Part shown: in pieces, positions 47,248 through 59,805 of the stretch
How positions within the stretch are numbered: the stretch's first letter is position 1
Layout of the letters: every line of letters begins with the position of its first letter
Assembly: GCA_902826815.1 (NCBI GenBank)
Contig: CADEGF010000020.1
Span: forward strand, 34,969 to 98,968
Length of the DNA: 64,000 bases
Reading direction: 5' to 3'
Origin: an uncultured Mycobacteriaceae bacterium
Lineage (GTDB): Bacteria; Actinomycetota; Actinomycetes; Mycobacteriales; Mycobacteriaceae
The notes under the pieces: model-generated
Told to the model about the DNA's origin: nothing
What the model saw: only the letters and a program-made list of their open reading frames with translations
Database searches by the model: none
Made by a program: the position numbers and the translations under genes

Positions 47248-48672
47248 GTGAGCCGCCGCGCCGTCGCGCCGCTGTTGCCAGGCACCCGGGTGTTGGTGAC
47301 AGGGGCGGGCATCACCGGCCGGTCGGTGAGCGCGGCACTCGAGCCGACGGGCGTGCGGCTGACCATCTGCGACGATGACCCGCTCGCGCTACAGCGCCTG
47401 ATCGCACCGGCGAGCGTCGTCACCACCGCAGAGGCCGTCGACCATATCGGCGACTACGCGCTCGTCGTCACCAGCCCCGGATTCCCGCCCACCGCACCGG
47501 TTTTGGCGGCCGCCACGGCAGCGGGCGTGCCGATCTGGGGCGACGTCGAGCTGGCATGGCGGCTGGATCAGGCCGGCTGGTTCGGCCCGCAGAAGCGCTG
47601 GCTGGTGGTGACGGGCACGAACGGAAAGACCACCACCACCTCGATGCTGCACGCCATGCTGGTCGCCGCGGGTCGGCACGCCCTGCTGTGCGGCAACATC
47701 GGCAACCCGGTGATCGACATGCTCGCCGAACCCGCCGAGCTGCTCGCGGTCGAGCTGTCGAGTTTCCAGCTGCACTGGGCGCCGTCGCTGCGACCGGATG
47801 CGGGAGCGGTGCTCAACGTCGCCGAGGATCACCTCGACTGGCACGGTTCGATGGACGCCTACGCGGCCGACAAGGCGCGGGCGCTGGACGGCAGGGTGGC
47901 CGTCGCAGGCCTCGACGACGCTCTGGCGGCCGGGCTACTCGATCACGCCGCCGCGGAGGTGCGAGTGGGGTTCACGCTCGGTGACCCGGCGGCGGGGCAG
48001 CTGGGGGTGCGCGACGGCGCCCTGCTCGACAGGGCCTTCGCCGACGGCCTCGTCCTCGCCGAAACGGCGTCGATCCCGGTGCCGGGTCCGGTGGGGGTTC
48101 TCAACGCGTTGGCGGCCGCCGCACTGGCCCGCGCCGTCGACGTGCCCGCCGAAGCCATCTCGGATGCGCTGTCGTCGTTCCATCTGGGCCCGCACCGTGC
48201 CGAGAAGGTGGCCGAAGTCGACGGCGTCGCCTACGTCGACGACTCCAAGGCCACCAACCCGCATGCCGCGCATGCGTCGATAGCGGCGTATCCGCGGGTG
48301 GTGTGGATCGCGGGCGGTCTGCTCAAGGGCGCATCGGTCGACGAACTCGTCTCACAGGTATCGAATCGCCTGGTCGGCGTCGTGTTGATCGGCCGGGACC
48401 GGGGGCTGGTCGCCAATGCGTTATCGCGACACGCGCCGGATGTACCCGTTGTGGAGGTTGTGACGGGGGAGGATTCTGAGGTGCCTGATGCGAATGAGTC
48501 AGATGTGAATTCTGTGACTCGCTTGATGACCGAGGTGGTCGCCGCCGCGGGCCGGCTGGCGCGTCAAGGGGATACCGTGCTGCTGGCTCCTGCGGGCGCA
48601 TCATTCGACCAGTTCAGCGGCTACGCCGAGCGTGGGGACGCGTTTGCGGCGGCCGTGCGCGCGGTCCGTTAG
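47248..48672 (+). CDS. murD: UDP-MurNAc-L-Ala D-Glu ligase
   Basis: [36 protein letters not shown]. Confidence 0.96.
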   Translation: MSRRAVAPLLPGTRVLVTGAGITGRSVSAALEPTGVRLTICDDDPLALQRLIAPASVVTTAEAVDHIGDYALVVTSPGFPPTAPVLAAATAAGVPIWGDVELAWRLDQAGWFGPQKRWLVVTGTNGKTTTTSMLHAMLVAAGRHALLCGNIGNPVIDMLAEPAELLAVELSSFQLHWAPSLRPDAGAVLNVAEDHLDWHGSMDAYAADKARALDGRVAVAGLDDALAAGLLDHAAAEVRVGFTLGDPAAGQLGVRDGALLDRAFADGLVLAETASIPVPGPVGVLNALAAAALARAVDVPAEAISDALSSFHLGPHRAEKVAEVDGVAYVDDSKATNPHAAHASIAAYPRVVWIAGGLLKGASVDELVSQVSNRLVGVVLIGRDRGLVANALSRHAPDVPVVEVVTGEDSEVPDANESDVNSVTRLMTEVVAAAGRLARQGDTVLLAPAGASFDQFSGYAERGDAFAAAVRAVR

Positions 48673-48680
48673 CGGGACCC

Positions 48681-50192
48681 GTGTCCAGCATTCTGAGCCG
48701 GCTGAAGCTCCGCCGGACCGGCGCCGCGGAGGCAACCTCCGCTGAAACCGCCGCGGTTCGTGAGCCGCGCACCCGTTTCGGTGCCTGGCTCGGCAGACCG
48801 ATGACCTCGTTTCACCTCATCATCGCCGTCGCCGCGCTGCTCACCTCACTTGGCCTGATCATGGTGCTGTCCGCCTCCGGCGTGCACTCGTACGACGAGG
48901 ACGGCTCGCCATGGGTGATCTTCGGCAAGCAGCTGATCTGGACTCTCGTCGGCCTATTCGCGTTCTACGCAGCGATGCGGATGCGCGTGCAGACGATGCG
49001 GAGCCTCGCGTTCAGCGGCTTCGCGGTCTCCGTCGTGCTTCTCGTGCTCGTGTTGATCCCGGGAATCGGCAAGGAGGCCAACGGCTCCCGCGGTTGGTTC
49101 GTCGTCGCCGGACTGTCCATGCAACCCTCGGAGCTGGCCAAGATCGCATTCGCGATCTGGGGTGCGCACCTGCTTGCGGCCCGCAGGATGGAGCGGGCGT
49201 CGCTGCGGGAGATGCTCATCCCGCTGGTCCCCGCCGCGGTGATCGCCCTGGCGCTCATCGTCGCGCAGCCCGACCTCGGGCAGACCGTGTCGCTCGGCAT
49301 CATCCTGCTGGCGCTGCTCTGGTACGCGGGCCTTCCGCTGCGGGTTTTCCTCTCGTCGCTGTTCGCGGTCGTCGTCTCGGCGGCGGTACTCGCCATGGCC
49401 GAGGGCTATCGCTCCGACCGGGTGATGTCCTGGCTGAACCCCGCCGAGGACCAACAGGGCTCGGGCTACCAGGCCAAACAGGCCAGGTTCGCGCTGGCCA
49501 ACGGCGGTGTCTTCGGCGATGGCCTCGGCCAGGGCACCGCGAAGTGGAATTACCTGCCCAATGCGCACAACGACTTCATCTTCGCGATCATCGGCGAAGA
49601 GCTGGGTTTCATCGGCGCGGCAGGCCTGCTGTGCCTGTTCGGGCTGTTCGCGTACACCGGCATGCGGATCGCGCGCCGGTCGGCCGACCCGTTCCTTCGC
49701 CTGCTCACTGCGACCGCCACCATGTGGGTCCTCGGCCAGGTGTTCATCAACGTCGGCTACGTCATCGGCCTGCTTCCGGTCACCGGTCTACAGCTGCCGC
49801 TGATTTCTGCGGGCGGAACATCAACGGCGACAACGCTTCTGATCATCGGAGTGATCGCCAACGCGGCCCGACACGAACCCGAGGCGGTCGCTGCACTTCG
49901 TGCAGGCCGTGAAGACAAGGTGAACCGGCTGCTGCGGCTGCCGCTACCGCAGCCTTACGCGCCGACCCGCACAGAGGCGCTGCGAGACCGGCTGAAGTCC
50001 CGCAAGGACAAGCCGGCCGCCAAACCGCAGCGCAAACCCGCCAAGGACAACCGGCGTAAACCCCATACGGCCGACCGGCCGGTGCGACGCTCAGTGCATC
50101 ATGGAGGCGGCCAGCGCGCTCACCGCGCGGCTGGGCAGCAGCGCCACCAGGGCCGACGGGCTCGCACATTGGAAGGTCAACGTCACTGGTGA
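48681..50192 (+). CDS. ftsW: SEDS glycosyltransferase FtsW
   Basis: [35 protein letters not shown]; basic C-terminal tail. Confidence 0.96.
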   Translation: MSSILSRLKLRRTGAAEATSAETAAVREPRTRFGAWLGRPMTSFHLIIAVAALLTSLGLIMVLSASGVHSYDEDGSPWVIFGKQLIWTLVGLFAFYAAMRMRVQTMRSLAFSGFAVSVVLLVLVLIPGIGKEANGSRGWFVVAGLSMQPSELAKIAFAIWGAHLLAARRMERASLREMLIPLVPAAVIALALIVAQPDLGQTVSLGIILLALLWYAGLPLRVFLSSLFAVVVSAAVLAMAEGYRSDRVMSWLNPAEDQQGSGYQAKQARFALANGGVFGDGLGQGTAKWNYLPNAHNDFIFAIIGEELGFIGAAGLLCLFGLFAYTGMRIARRSADPFLRLLTATATMWVLGQVFINVGYVIGLLPVTGLQLPLISAGGTSTATTLLIIGVIANAARHEPEAVAALRAGREDKVNRLLRLPLPQPYAPTRTEALRDRLKSRKDKPAAKPQRKPAKDNRRKPHTADRPVRRSVHHGGGQRAHRAAGQQRHQGRRARTLEGQRHW

Positions 50193-51310
50193 ATGGGCCG
50201 ATCTCCATAGTTATCGCCGGCGGCGGGACGGCAGGCCACATCGAACCCGCCATGGCCGTCGCCGATGCGCTGCGTGCGCTTGATCCGGACGTGCGGATCA
50301 CCGCGCTCGGCACGCACCGGGGCCTCGAGACTCGTCTGATTCCAGAGCGCGGGTACTCCCTCGAGCTCATCACGCCGGTGCCGCTGCCCCGTAAGCCCGG
50401 CGCCGACCTGTTGCGGCTGCCGGTGCGGGTGCGCAGGGCCGTCAAGGAGACTCGCAGCGTGCTCGACGACGTCGGCGCCGACGTCATCGTCGGGTTCGGC
50501 GGCTATGTCGCGGTGCCCGCCTACCTGGCTGCGCGCAGACGCCGGGTGCCGGTGGTCGTGCACGAAGCCAACGCCAGCGCGGGCTGGGCCAACAAGCTGG
50601 GTGCGCGGTCGGCGAGCCGAGTGCTATCCGCTGTCGCCGACTGCGGCCTGCCGCGCGCCGAGGTCGTCGGGGTGCCTGTGCGGTCGGCGATCACCTCGCT
50701 CGACCGGATGGCGGAGCGCGCAAAAGCCCGGGCCCACTTCGGATTCGCCGATGACGCGCGGGTGCTCCTGGTTTTCGGCGGTTCCCAGGGCGCGCAGTCG
50801 ATCAACCGTGCCGTCGCACCGGCGGCCGATGCGCTCGCCGCGGCCGGTGTCTCCGTGTTGCACGCGCATGGCCCGAAGAACACCCTCGATCTTCGCGAAC
50901 CGGCAGAAGGCGACCCGCCGTACGTCGGGGTGCCCTATCTCGACCGGATGGATCTCGCCTACGCCGCAGCCGATTTGGCGATCTGCCGGTCCGGAGCGAT
51001 GACGGTTGCCGAGGTGTCCGCCGTTGGGCTGCCCGCGGTGTACGCCCCGCTCCCCATCGGCAACGGCGAACAACGGCTCAACGCGCTGCCCGTCGTCAAC
51101 GCGGGCGGTGGGCTTCTGGTCGACGACGCCGACCTCACGCCCCAGTTCGTCGGCGAGACCGTCGCCGGACTGCTCAGCGACGCTCCGCGGCTGACCGCGA
51201 TGACCGCCGCCGCGGCGATGGCGGGCCACCGCGACGCCGCGCAGAAAGTCGCCGAGGTCGCACTCGAGGTGGCCCGCAGCGGCCGCGTTACCCGAAAGTC
51301 CCACCGGTGA
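50189..51310 (+). CDS. murG: Lipid I N-acetylglucosaminyltransferase
   Basis: [32 protein letters not shown]. Confidence 0.96.
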   Translation: MNGPISIVIAGGGTAGHIEPAMAVADALRALDPDVRITALGTHRGLETRLIPERGYSLELITPVPLPRKPGADLLRLPVRVRRAVKETRSVLDDVGADVIVGFGGYVAVPAYLAARRRRVPVVVHEANASAGWANKLGARSASRVLSAVADCGLPRAEVVGVPVRSAITSLDRMAERAKARAHFGFADDARVLLVFGGSQGAQSINRAVAPAADALAAAGVSVLHAHGPKNTLDLREPAEGDPPYVGVPYLDRMDLAYAAADLAICRSGAMTVAEVSAVGLPAVYAPLPIGNGEQRLNALPVVNAGGGLLVDDADLTPQFVGETVAGLLSDAPRLTAMTAAAAMAGHRDAAQKVAEVALEVARSGRVTRKSHR

Positions 51311-52800
51311 GCGCGATTCCGCTGCCCGATGAGCTGAAGCGGGTGCACATGGTCGGCATCGGCGGCGCCGGTATGTCCGGCATCGCCCGCATCCTGCTCG
51401 ACCGCGGCGGACTGGTGTCGGGGTCGGACGCCAAGGAGTCCCGCGGTGTCGCGGCGCTTCGTGCCAGGGGCGCGGTGATCCGCATCGGCCATCACGAGTC
51501 CTCGCTTGACCTGCTGCCCGGCGGCCCGACAGCCGTCGTGACCACTTACGCGGCAATACCCAGGACCAACCCCGAGCTCGTCGAGGCGCGCAGGCGCGGT
51601 ATCCCGGTGATCCTGCGGCCCGTGGTGCTGGCCAAGCTCATGGCGGGGCATACCACGTTGATGGTGACCGGCACGGCAGGCAAGACCACAACGACCTCAA
51701 TGCTCATCGTGACGTTGCAGCACACCGGTTTCGACCCGTCCTTTGCGGTAGGAGGCGACCTCGGCGAAGCGGGCACGAACGCCCACCACGGCAGCGGCAC
51801 GTGTTTCGTGGCCGAGGCCGACGAGAGCGACGGCTCGTTGCTCGAGTACACACCGGACGTCGCAGTGGTGACCAACATCGAGGCGGACCACCTGGATTTC
51901 TTCGGCACTCCCGAGGCCTACAGCGCGGTCTTCGACCAGTTCGTCGAACGGCTGGCGCCGGGCGGTGTGCTGATAGCGTGCGCCGACGACCCTGGCGCCG
52001 CCGCTCTCGCGGATCGGTCGGCGGAGCAGGGCATCAGGGTGCTGCGCTATGGCAGCGCGCAGGACGGCGAGCAGGCACCAGGCATGACGGGGACGCTTCT
52101 CAGTTGGGAGCAGCAGGGCACCAACGCAGTGGCGCATATCGCGCTGGCGGGTGAACCGTATCCACGCGTGATGCGCCTTGCGGTGCCCGGCAGGCATATG
52201 GCCCTGAATGCTCTGGCGGCGCTGTTGGCGGCGGTCGAGGCAGGCGCACCAGTCGACGGCGTCCTCGATGGCCTTGCCGGGTTCGACGGTGTCCGAAGGC
52301 GATTCGAGTTGGTTGGCACGGTCAACGGCGTGCGGGTGTTCGACGACTATGCCCACCACCCCACGAAGGTCCGTGCCGCTCTTTCGGCGCTGCGCACGTT
52401 GGTCCGCCAGGGCGAGACGACCCATGCGGGTGCGGGTCGGGCCGTGGTCGTGTTCCAACCGCACTTGTATTCGCGGACACAGATTTTCGCGCGAGAGTTC
52501 GGGGAGGCTCTCAGCGATGCCGACCGGGTCTTCGTGCTCGACGTCTACGGCGCCCGTGAACAACCGATCGCGGGAATCAGTGGGGCCACAGTCGCCGAGC
52601 ACGTCAACGCCGAGGTGACCTACCTGCCGGACTTCTCCGCCGTCGCCGAACAGGTGGCCAACGAGGTGCGCACCGGCGACGTGGTCGTCACGATGGGCGC
52701 GGGGGACGTAACGATGCTCGGCCCTGAAATCGTCGAGGCGCTCGCGGCACGGGCCAACCGGTCGGCGCTGCAAAGCAAACCGGAAACGGGCGCGCCGTGA
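51307..52800 (+). CDS. murC: UDP-MurNAc L-Ala ligase
   Basis: [43 protein letters not shown]. Confidence 0.96.
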   Translation: MSAIPLPDELKRVHMVGIGGAGMSGIARILLDRGGLVSGSDAKESRGVAALRARGAVIRIGHHESSLDLLPGGPTAVVTTYAAIPRTNPELVEARRRGIPVILRPVVLAKLMAGHTTLMVTGTAGKTTTTSMLIVTLQHTGFDPSFAVGGDLGEAGTNAHHGSGTCFVAEADESDGSLLEYTPDVAVVTNIEADHLDFFGTPEAYSAVFDQFVERLAPGGVLIACADDPGAAALADRSAEQGIRVLRYGSAQDGEQAPGMTGTLLSWEQQGTNAVAHIALAGEPYPRVMRLAVPGRHMALNALAALLAAVEAGAPVDGVLDGLAGFDGVRRRFELVGTVNGVRVFDDYAHHPTKVRAALSALRTLVRQGETTHAGAGRAVVVFQPHLYSRTQIFAREFGEALSDADRVFVLDVYGAREQPIAGISGATVAEHVNAEVTYLPDFSAVAEQVANEVRTGDVVVTMGAGDVTMLGPEIVEALAARANRSALQSKPETGAP

Positions 52801-53702
52801 CTGAGCCCGAGGACGGCGCCGAGGCGACGGCCGAACCCGACCTCGAACCCGCGCCCCAAGAGGAGGAGGACGCACCCGAGGAGGAGTTCGAGGGCCCGCG
52901 CCGCAGGGCCAGGCGGGAACGCGAAGCGCGTCGCGAGGCGCAGGCCCGCGCAGTCGCGATCGAACACGCGAGAAGAGACGCCAAGCGGCGGGTCCAGGGA
53001 AAGTCGACCGAGGACGCCAAACCCGTTGGGCGGGGCACGGTTCGGGGCCTGAAGTTGTTGGTGTGGACGATTCTGCTCGTGGTGTTGTTCGTCGGGCTCG
53101 GCCTTCTTCTGTACTTCACCCCGATCATGGCTGCCCGAAACATCGTCATCACCGGGGTCGGCGCGGTATCGCAAGAGGAGGTCACCGCCGCCGCGGCAGT
53201 CAAGCAGGGCACGCCGCTTCTGCAGGTGAACACCGACGACGTGGCCGAGCGGGTGGCCACCATCCGCCGGGTCGCCACCGCACGCGTGCAGCGCGAGTAC
53301 CCGTCGACACTTCGCATCACCGTCGTCGAGCGGGTGCCGGTGGTGGTCAAGGACTTTCCCGACGGGCCACACCTATTCGACCGCGACGGGGTCGACTTCG
53401 CGACCGGACCGCCGCCGCCCAACCTGCCGTACCTCGAAGCGGACAACCCCGGGCCGAGCGATCCGCCGACCAAGGCGGCGCTTGAAGTGATGACCGCGCT
53501 GCGCCCTGAGGTGGCCGGACAGGTCGCGCGGGTTTCGGCGCCGTCGGTCGCATCGATCACGCTGACGTTGGTCGACGGCAGGGAAGTGGTGTGGGGCACC
53601 ACCGACCGCACGGAGGAGAAGGCGCAGAAGCTCGCGGCGCTGTTGACCCAACCGGGCCACACCTACGACGTGTCGAGCCCCGATTTGCCGACGGTCAAGT
53701 GA
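52797..53702 (+). CDS. ftsQ: Cell division protein FtsQ
   Basis: Acidic/charged N-terminus, one TM helix, POTRA domain, [12 protein letters not shown] end. Confidence 0.93.
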   Translation: MTEPEDGAEATAEPDLEPAPQEEEDAPEEEFEGPRRRARREREARREAQARAVAIEHARRDAKRRVQGKSTEDAKPVGRGTVRGLKLLVWTILLVVLFVGLGLLLYFTPIMAARNIVITGVGAVSQEEVTAAAAVKQGTPLLQVNTDDVAERVATIRRVATARVQREYPSTLRITVVERVPVVVKDFPDGPHLFDRDGVDFATGPPPPNLPYLEADNPGPSDPPTKAALEVMTALRPEVAGQVARVSAPSVASITLTLVDGREVVWGTTDRTEEKAQKLAALLTQPGHTYDVSSPDLPTVK

Positions 53703-53818
53703 ACCGGTCGCGGCGAAATCACCGGAAATTCCCGGCGTTTCCGTCGGCGCGCCTGCATGGATAGTGGTTGGCCTCGCCCTACCGTTCTGTTTGCGCGAAA
53801 CAACTTGACATAACTATA

Positions 53819-53835
53819 AACCTCTTGTTGAGGTT
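53819..53835. promoter_or_regulatory. Inverted repeat in the AT-rich ftsQ-ftsZ promoter region
   Basis: AACCTC-TTGTT-GAGGTT, next to TTGACATAACTATAA. Confidence 0.5.
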
Positions 53836-53893
53836 GAGAGTTTGCCCGAGAGTCTTGCGCACCGAAGGCAACCAGGGAGGAAAGGCGACCGCG

Positions 53894-55027
53894 ATGACCC
53901 CCCCGCACAACTACCTCGCCGTCATCAAAGTGGTCGGCATCGGCGGCGGCGGCGTCAACGCCGTCAACCGGATGATCGAGCACGGCCTCAAGGGCGTGGA
54001 GTTCATCGCGATCAACACCGACGCGCAAGCGCTGTTGATGAGCGACGCCGATGTCAAGCTCGACGTCGGCCGCGACTCCACAAGGGGGCTCGGCGCGGGC
54101 GCCGACCCCGAGGTCGGCCGCAAGGCGGCCGATGACGCCAAGGACGACATCGAAGAGCTGCTGCGCGGCGCCGACATGGTGTTCGTGACCGCGGGCGAGG
54201 GCGGTGGCACCGGTACCGGCGGCGCACCCGTCGTCGCCACCATCGCGCGCAAGCTCGGTGCGCTCACGGTCGGCGTGGTGACGAGGCCGTTCTCGTTCGA
54301 GGGCAAGCGACGCAGCAACCAGGCCGAGACGGGCATCTCCGCGCTGCGCGAGAGCTGCGACACCTTGATCGTCATCCCCAACGACCGGCTGCTCCAGATG
54401 GGCGACGCCGCGGTTTCGCTGATGGATGCGTTCCGCAGCGCCGACGAAGTGCTCCTCAACGGCGTGCAGGGCATCACCGATCTGATCACCACCCCTGGCC
54501 TGATCAACGTCGACTTCGCCGACGTGAAGGGCATCATGTCCGGCGCGGGCACCGCGTTGATGGGTATCGGCTCGGCGCGCGGCGACGGAAGGTCGCTCAA
54601 GGCAGCCGAGATCGCGATCAACTCGCCGCTGCTCGAGGCGTCCATGGAGGGTGCCCAGGGCGTGCTGATGTCCATCGCGGGCGGCAGCGACCTCGGTCTG
54701 TTCGAGATCAACGAGGCGGCCTCGCTGGTGCAGGACGCCGCCCACCTCGAGGCCAACATCATCTTCGGCACCGTGATCGACGACTCGCTCGGCGACGAGG
54801 TGCGGGTAACGGTGATCGCGGCGGGCTTCGACGCATCGGGACCGAGTCGCAAGCCCGTGGTCGGCGCCGGTCAGGCGATCGCGCCTGCGAAGGCGGGCAA
54901 GGTGACCTCGTCGCTGTTCGAACCGGTCGATGCCGTCAGCGTGCCGGTGCACACCAACGGCGCGACGGTCAGTATCGGCGGGGACGATGACGACGACGTG
55001 GACGTTCCGCCCTTCATGCGGCACTGA
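53894..55027 (+). CDS. ftsZ: Cell division GTPase FtsZ
   Basis: [22 protein letters not shown] tubulin motif, [12 protein letters not shown] tail. Confidence 0.99.
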   Translation: MTPPHNYLAVIKVVGIGGGGVNAVNRMIEHGLKGVEFIAINTDAQALLMSDADVKLDVGRDSTRGLGAGADPEVGRKAADDAKDDIEELLRGADMVFVTAGEGGGTGTGGAPVVATIARKLGALTVGVVTRPFSFEGKRRSNQAETGISALRESCDTLIVIPNDRLLQMGDAAVSLMDAFRSADEVLLNGVQGITDLITTPGLINVDFADVKGIMSGAGTALMGIGSARGDGRSLKAAEIAINSPLLEASMEGAQGVLMSIAGGSDLGLFEINEAASLVQDAAHLEANIIFGTVIDDSLGDEVRVTVIAAGFDASGPSRKPVVGAGQAIAPAKAGKVTSSLFEPVDAVSVPVHTNGATVSIGGDDDDDVDVPPFMRH

Positions 55028-55046
55028 CGGGCGCTGGAGCCATTAG

Positions 55047-55796
55047 GTGCTCCTCGCGTCCGCTCGGAATACTGGAATCGTGAGTGTTCGGATTCGGCGC
55101 GTGACGACCACCCGCGCAGGCGGTGTCTCGGCGCCGCCGTATGACACCTTCAATCTCGGCGACCATGTCGGTGACGACCCGGCGGCTGTCACGGCCAACC
55201 GGAAGCGGCTGGCATCGGCCATCGGGTTGGGCGCCGACGCCGTCGTCTGGATGAACCAGGTGCACGGCGACCGGGTGGTGCGGGTCGATGGCCCTCTGGA
55301 AGCGGGAGCGGGCGCTGTCGATGCGACCGACGCATTGGTGACGACCACGCCACGTTTGGCATTGGCCGTCGTAACGGCAGATTGCGTTCCCGTTTTATTG
55401 GCCGACGCCCGCGCCGGGGTGGTGGCGGCGGTTCATGCAGGCCGAGTCGGCGCGCAAAAAGGCGTCGTGGCACAGGCCGTGGAGGCGATGGTCGACGCCG
55501 GGGCGCACGCCGCGGACATCTCGGTGCTGTTCGGGCCTTCGGTCAGCGGACGCAACTACGAGGTGCCCGCCGCGATGGCCGATGAGGTGGAGGCGGCGCT
55601 GCCCGGTAGCAGGACGACTACCTCACGGGGTACCCCCGGACTGGATCTGCGAGCCGGAATTGCCCGGCAATTAAAGGATTTGGGTATCACCGCCATCGAC
55701 GCAGACCCCCGCTGCACGATGGACGACCGTAGCTTGTTCAGCCACCGGCGCGACGCCCCGACCGGACGCATCGCCTCTGTGGTGTGGATGGAGTGA
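55047..55796 (+). CDS. pgeF: PgeF/YfiH (laccase-domain) protein
   Basis: FNLGDHVGD, NQVHG, TADCVP, HAGR, FSHRR; start may instead be GTG 55080. Confidence 0.9.
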   Translation: MLLASARNTGIVSVRIRRVTTTRAGGVSAPPYDTFNLGDHVGDDPAAVTANRKRLASAIGLGADAVVWMNQVHGDRVVRVDGPLEAGAGAVDATDALVTTTPRLALAVVTADCVPVLLADARAGVVAAVHAGRVGAQKGVVAQAVEAMVDAGAHAADISVLFGPSVSGRNYEVPAAMADEVEAALPGSRTTTSRGTPGLDLRAGIARQLKDLGITAIDADPRCTMDDRSLFSHRRDAPTGRIASVVWME

Positions 55797-55800
55797 GGCG

Positions 55801-56541
55801 ATGGCAACCCCGAGGGAGAATGAACTCGCCAACGCGCTGACCCTGCTGCGCGAACGACTGGCCGACGCTGTCAAAGCCGCGGGTCGTAACAGTGACGAAA
55901 TTCAATTGCTCCCGATAACGAAATTCTTTCCAGCAACCGATGTACTAATTCTGTCGCATTTGGGGTGTGCCGAATTCGGCGAATCGCGTGAACAAGAGGC
56001 GGTCGTGAAATCGGCCGAATGCAATTCCGCCGAACCCGGTTCACAGGTTCGCTGGCACATGGTGGGCCGGATACAACGCAACAAGGCGCGGTCGATCGCC
56101 AACTGGGCCTACGCCGCGCACTCGGTGGACAGTGCCAGGCTGATCACCGCGCTGGACCGGGCGTCGACCGTGGCGCTGCGCGAGGGCGCGCGATCCGAAC
56201 CTCTGCGGGTCTACCTCCAGCTCAGCCTCGACGGCGATGTCGAGCGCGGGGGAGTCGACATCACGCGGCCCGATCTCGTCGACGAACTGTGCGCCGAAGC
56301 GCAAGCGGCGCAGGGGCTGCGGTTCGTCGGCCTGATGGGCATCCCGCCGCTCGGGTCGGATCCCGAGGACGCGTTCGCGCGGCTGGAGGCCGAGCACCAG
56401 CGGGTACAGGCCTCCTACCAGCAGCGCCTCGAGCTGTCGGCCGGGATGTCCAGCGACCTCGAGGCGGCCGTCAAACATGGTTCGACGTGTGTGCGTGTCG
56501 GTACCGCGGTTCTGGGGCAACGTCCTCTAACGTCACCATGA
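55801..56541 (+). CDS. yggS: PLP homeostasis protein, YggS family
   Basis: ITK, FGESREQE, WHMVGRIQRNK, SAGMS, VRVG motifs. Confidence 0.92.
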   Translation: MATPRENELANALTLLRERLADAVKAAGRNSDEIQLLPITKFFPATDVLILSHLGCAEFGESREQEAVVKSAECNSAEPGSQVRWHMVGRIQRNKARSIANWAYAAHSVDSARLITALDRASTVALREGARSEPLRVYLQLSLDGDVERGGVDITRPDLVDELCAEAQAAQGLRFVGLMGIPPLGSDPEDAFARLEAEHQRVQASYQQRLELSAGMSSDLEAAVKHGSTCVRVGTAVLGQRPLTSP

Positions 56542-56595
56542 GTAGTCACTCCAGTCACATCTTCATCACAGGCATCAGGCAAGAAGGGTCCAGCG

Positions 56596-57207
56596 ATGAG
56601 CACACTGCACAAGGTCAAGGCGTACTTCGGTATGGCGCCTATGGACGACTACGACGACGAGTACTACGACGACGAGGACCGTCCCGGCCGCAGCTATCCG
56701 CGCCGTGAGCGCTTCGGCGACGAGGGCTACGGCGGCCGCTACGACGACCGTTACGAGGAAGAGGAGATGGCGGGCGCCTACCGCGGCGGCTACGCCGACG
56801 AGGGACGCTTCCACCCGCGCGAATTCGATCGCGCCGCACCGAGATACGCCCCGCTGCGTGGCTCGACGCGGGGCGCGCTTGCGATGGATCCCCGCCGGAT
56901 GGCAATGCTGTTCGACGAGAGCAGCCCGCTGTCGAAGATCACCACGCTGCGGCCCAAGGACTACAGCGAGGCACGCACCATCGGCGAGCGCTTCCGCGAC
57001 GGCACGCCGGTGATCATGGACCTGGTGACCATGGACAACGCCGACGCCAAGCGGCTCGTCGACTTCGCCGCGGGCCTGGCATTCGCCCTGCGCGGATCAT
57101 TCGACAAGGTCGCGACCAAGGTCTTCCTGCTGTCGCCTGCCGATGTCGACGTCACACCGGATGACCGCAGGCGCATTGCCGAGACCGGCTTCTACGCCTA
57201 TCAGTAG
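56596..57207 (+). CDS. sepF: Cell division protein SepF
   Basis: [13 protein letters not shown] amphipathic start, [17 protein letters not shown]. Confidence 0.95.
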   Translation: MSTLHKVKAYFGMAPMDDYDDEYYDDEDRPGRSYPRRERFGDEGYGGRYDDRYEEEEMAGAYRGGYADEGRFHPREFDRAAPRYAPLRGSTRGALAMDPRRMAMLFDESSPLSKITTLRPKDYSEARTIGERFRDGTPVIMDLVTMDNADAKRLVDFAAGLAFALRGSFDKVATKVFLLSPADVDVTPDDRRRIAETGFYAYQ

Positions 57208-57340
57208 GGCGGCCGCTGCGCCCGACGTCGCGCTGCTCTCGTCTGCTCGGCGCGCCAGGTAGGCTTGCGGCAACGCATGGGCCGGCATCGGTCTGCGGTC
57301 CGTATCGAACGTCACATCGGCTGTAGTGAGGTCGGCTTAG

Positions 57341-57631
57341 TTGGCCCTGTTTTTTGAGATTCTGGGTTTCGCGCTGTTCGTCTTCTGGCTGCTGCTCATC
57401 GCCAGAGTGGTGGTCGAGTTCATCCGCTCGTTCAGCCGCGACTGGCACCCGAGGGGTTTCACGGTGGTGATCCTCGAGCTGATCATGACGCTCACCGACC
57501 CGCCGGTGAAGCTGCTGCGCCGCATCATTCCGCAGCTCACGATAGGGGCGATCCGCTTCGACCTGTCGATAATGGTGCTGCTGCTCGTTGCGTTCATCGG
57601 TATGCAGCTGGCGTTCAGCGCCGCGGCGTGA
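57341..57631 (+). CDS. yggT: YggT-family membrane protein (Rv2146c orthologue)
   Basis: LTDPPVKLLRRIIP...FDLS motif; TTG start. Confidence 0.9.
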   Translation: MALFFEILGFALFVFWLLLIARVVVEFIRSFSRDWHPRGFTVVILELIMTLTDPPVKLLRRIIPQLTIGAIRFDLSIMVLLLVAFIGMQLAFSAAA

Positions 57632-57811
57632 CAACGGCGAAACGCCGTTTGCCGGACACGGCAATTGGGCATAAGAAGATTGAATTTCACTCTTAATTAT
57701 TGGCCTCACCTGCAACCGCCGTGTCCCGTGTGACAGGATGGACGCCAGTTACTCCACGGACGCTCTACACTTTGAACCGATTGACGGTCCAGACCATCTA
57801 GGGGGCAGAAA

Positions 57812-58639
57812 ATGCCGCTCACTCCAGCCGACGTTCACAACGTCGCATTCAGCAAGCCACCCATTGGCAAGCGCGGCTACAACGAGGACGAGGTCGATGC
57901 CTTCCTCGATCTGGTCGAGAACGAGCTGACTCGGCTCATCGAGGAGAACGCCGACCTTCGTCAGCGGGTGACCGAGATGGACCAGGAGCTGACGACTGCG
58001 CGGGCAGGCGGTGGAGCCGCCCAGGCTCAGCCGACACAGGCCATCCCGCTGTATCAGCCTGAGCCCGAACCCGAGCCGGCGCCTGCGCCCGTATATGAGG
58101 CGCCGCCGCAGCAGGCGCCGCCCGCTCCGGTGAGCGAGGACCAGCACCTGAAGGCTGCCCGCGTGCTCAGCCTGGCCCAGGACACCGCCGACCGGTTGAC
58201 CACGACCGCCAAGACCGAGTCGGAGAAGCTGCTGTCCGACGCCAGGTCGCAAGCCGACCAGATGGTCAGCGAGGCGCGGGTGACCGCGGAGTCCACGGTG
58301 GCCGAGGCGCGCCAGCGCGCGGACACGATGCTCGCCGATGCGCAGACCCGGTCGGAGACCCAGCTGCGCCAGGCTCAGGAGAAGGCGGATGCGCTGCAGG
58401 CGGACGCCGAGCGCAAGCACTCCGAGATCATGGGAACGATCAACCAGCAGCGCACCGTGCTGGAAGGCCGGCTGGAGCAACTGCGCACGTTCGAGCGCGA
58501 GTACCGCACCAGGCTCAAGACCTATCTGGAGTCCCAGCTCGAGGAACTCGGCCAGCGCGGCTCGGCGGCGCCGGTCGATTCGAGCGCCAACAACGACAGC
58601 GGCGGCGGGTTCAACCAGTTCAACCGCGGTAACAACTAA
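57812..58639 (+). CDS. wag31: DivIVA/Wag31 polar growth protein
   Basis: [33 protein letters not shown]; coiled coils; PTQAIP phosphosite context. Confidence 0.97.
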   Translation: MPLTPADVHNVAFSKPPIGKRGYNEDEVDAFLDLVENELTRLIEENADLRQRVTEMDQELTTARAGGGAAQAQPTQAIPLYQPEPEPEPAPAPVYEAPPQQAPPAPVSEDQHLKAARVLSLAQDTADRLTTTAKTESEKLLSDARSQADQMVSEARVTAESTVAEARQRADTMLADAQTRSETQLRQAQEKADALQADAERKHSEIMGTINQQRTVLEGRLEQLRTFEREYRTRLKTYLESQLEELGQRGSAAPVDSSANNDSGGGFNQFNRGNN

Positions 58640-58679
58640 GCCCTCAGGGTCTTGGGCCCGCAGGCGTTGGGAGTGACCA

Positions 58680-59021
58680 TTGCTGATCGTTGCCCTTGTG
58701 CTCGCCGTCATCGGCCTGGCGGCCTTGGTGACCGCGGTCGTCACGAGCAATGAGCTCATTGCCTGGGTCTGCATAGCCGCGAGTGTCATCGGCGTGGTGC
58801 TGCTCATCGTCGATGCCCTGCGCGAGCGTTCGCGCGGGGACGTCGATTCGGATGCCGATTCCAATGCCGAGGAGCCGTCGCAGGAAGTCGACGAGGGATA
58901 CGCCGAGGACTATCCGGACGAGCCGGCGGCCGAAGCCGGCGACGAAACCGCCGCGGTCCCAACCGAAACCGTCGACAGCGACGCGGTAGAGGTCACCGAG
59001 AAAGACAACAACCCGCACTAG
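58680..59021 (+). CDS. Two-TM protein with acidic tail (Rv2144c orthologue)
   Basis: [17 protein letters not shown]...NELIAWVCI; synteny. Confidence 0.8.
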   Translation: MLIVALVLAVIGLAALVTAVVTSNELIAWVCIAASVIGVVLLIVDALRERSRGDVDSDADSNAEEPSQEVDEGYAEDYPDEPAAEAGDETAAVPTETVDSDAVEVTEKDNNPH

Positions 59022-59695
59022 CGCGTCGGCGTCGCCAGCAGTTCGCGCACTTCGTCGTCAGACACCTGGTGGAAGTCCGCGTAAACCTGCCCGACGGCTT
59101 CGAACGACGCGGGCGTCGTCGCGCACACCACATCGTCGGCCTCGTCGGCCAACTGCTTGCATGCCGACGGCGGGCCGACCGGAACCGCCACCACAACACG
59201 CGCAGGCTGTGCAGCGCGAACCGCGCGGACGGCGGCGAGCATGCTTGCGCCGGTGGCGATCCCGTCGTCGACGACGATGGCGACCTTGTCCTTCGGGTCC
59301 GCGGCAGGGCGGTCACCGCGGTAGGCCGTCTCCCTGCGGTTGAGTTCCTCCGTCTCTCGGGCGATGGCGTCGCGCAGCGCCTGCTCGCCGATGCCAAGGT
59401 TTCTCATCAGGTTGTCGTTGACGACCAGGCCGCCACCACTGGCCACTGCGCCCATCGCGAGCTCCTCCCACTGGGGCACGCCGAGCTTTCGGACCAGGAA
59501 CACGTCAAGCGGCGCCCGAAGCGCGGCGGCGACCTCCCAGCCGACCGGAACTCCGCCGCGCGCCAGCCCGAGGACCAGAAGATCGTCTCTGCCGTGATAT
59601 GCCGTCAACGCCTTGGCCAGGACCCGGCCTGCTTCGCCGCGGTCCCGGTAGGTACGTGCTGCGCTCCGTCGCGCGAGCCCACTCCAACCGGCCAT
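59018..59695 (-). CDS. Type I phosphoribosyltransferase-like protein (related to the Rv2143 N-terminal domain)
   Basis: [33 protein letters not shown] loop, YADFHQVSD. Confidence 0.88.
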   Translation of the reverse strand: MAGWSGLARRSAARTYRDRGEAGRVLAKALTAYHGRDDLLVLGLARGGVPVGWEVAAALRAPLDVFLVRKLGVPQWEELAMGAVASGGGLVVNDNLMRNLGIGEQALRDAIARETEELNRRETAYRGDRPAADPKDKVAIVVDDGIATGASMLAAVRAVRAAQPARVVVAVPVGPPSACKQLADEADDVVCATTPASFEAVGQVYADFHQVSDDEVRELLATPTR

Positions 59696-59805
59696 GACTG
59701 TGACTTCCCGTTTCGGGACTCGTTTAGCCTACGACGGGCAATCCAACTGCGCGTCGACTCCGAATATCACTGAGGTATTCACGGGTATTCACGGCGAAGG
59801 GAAAC

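Noticed and set aside
55900-56080. Locally AT-richer segment suggesting foreign DNA
   Set aside because: It lies in frame within yggS and encodes conserved family motifs.
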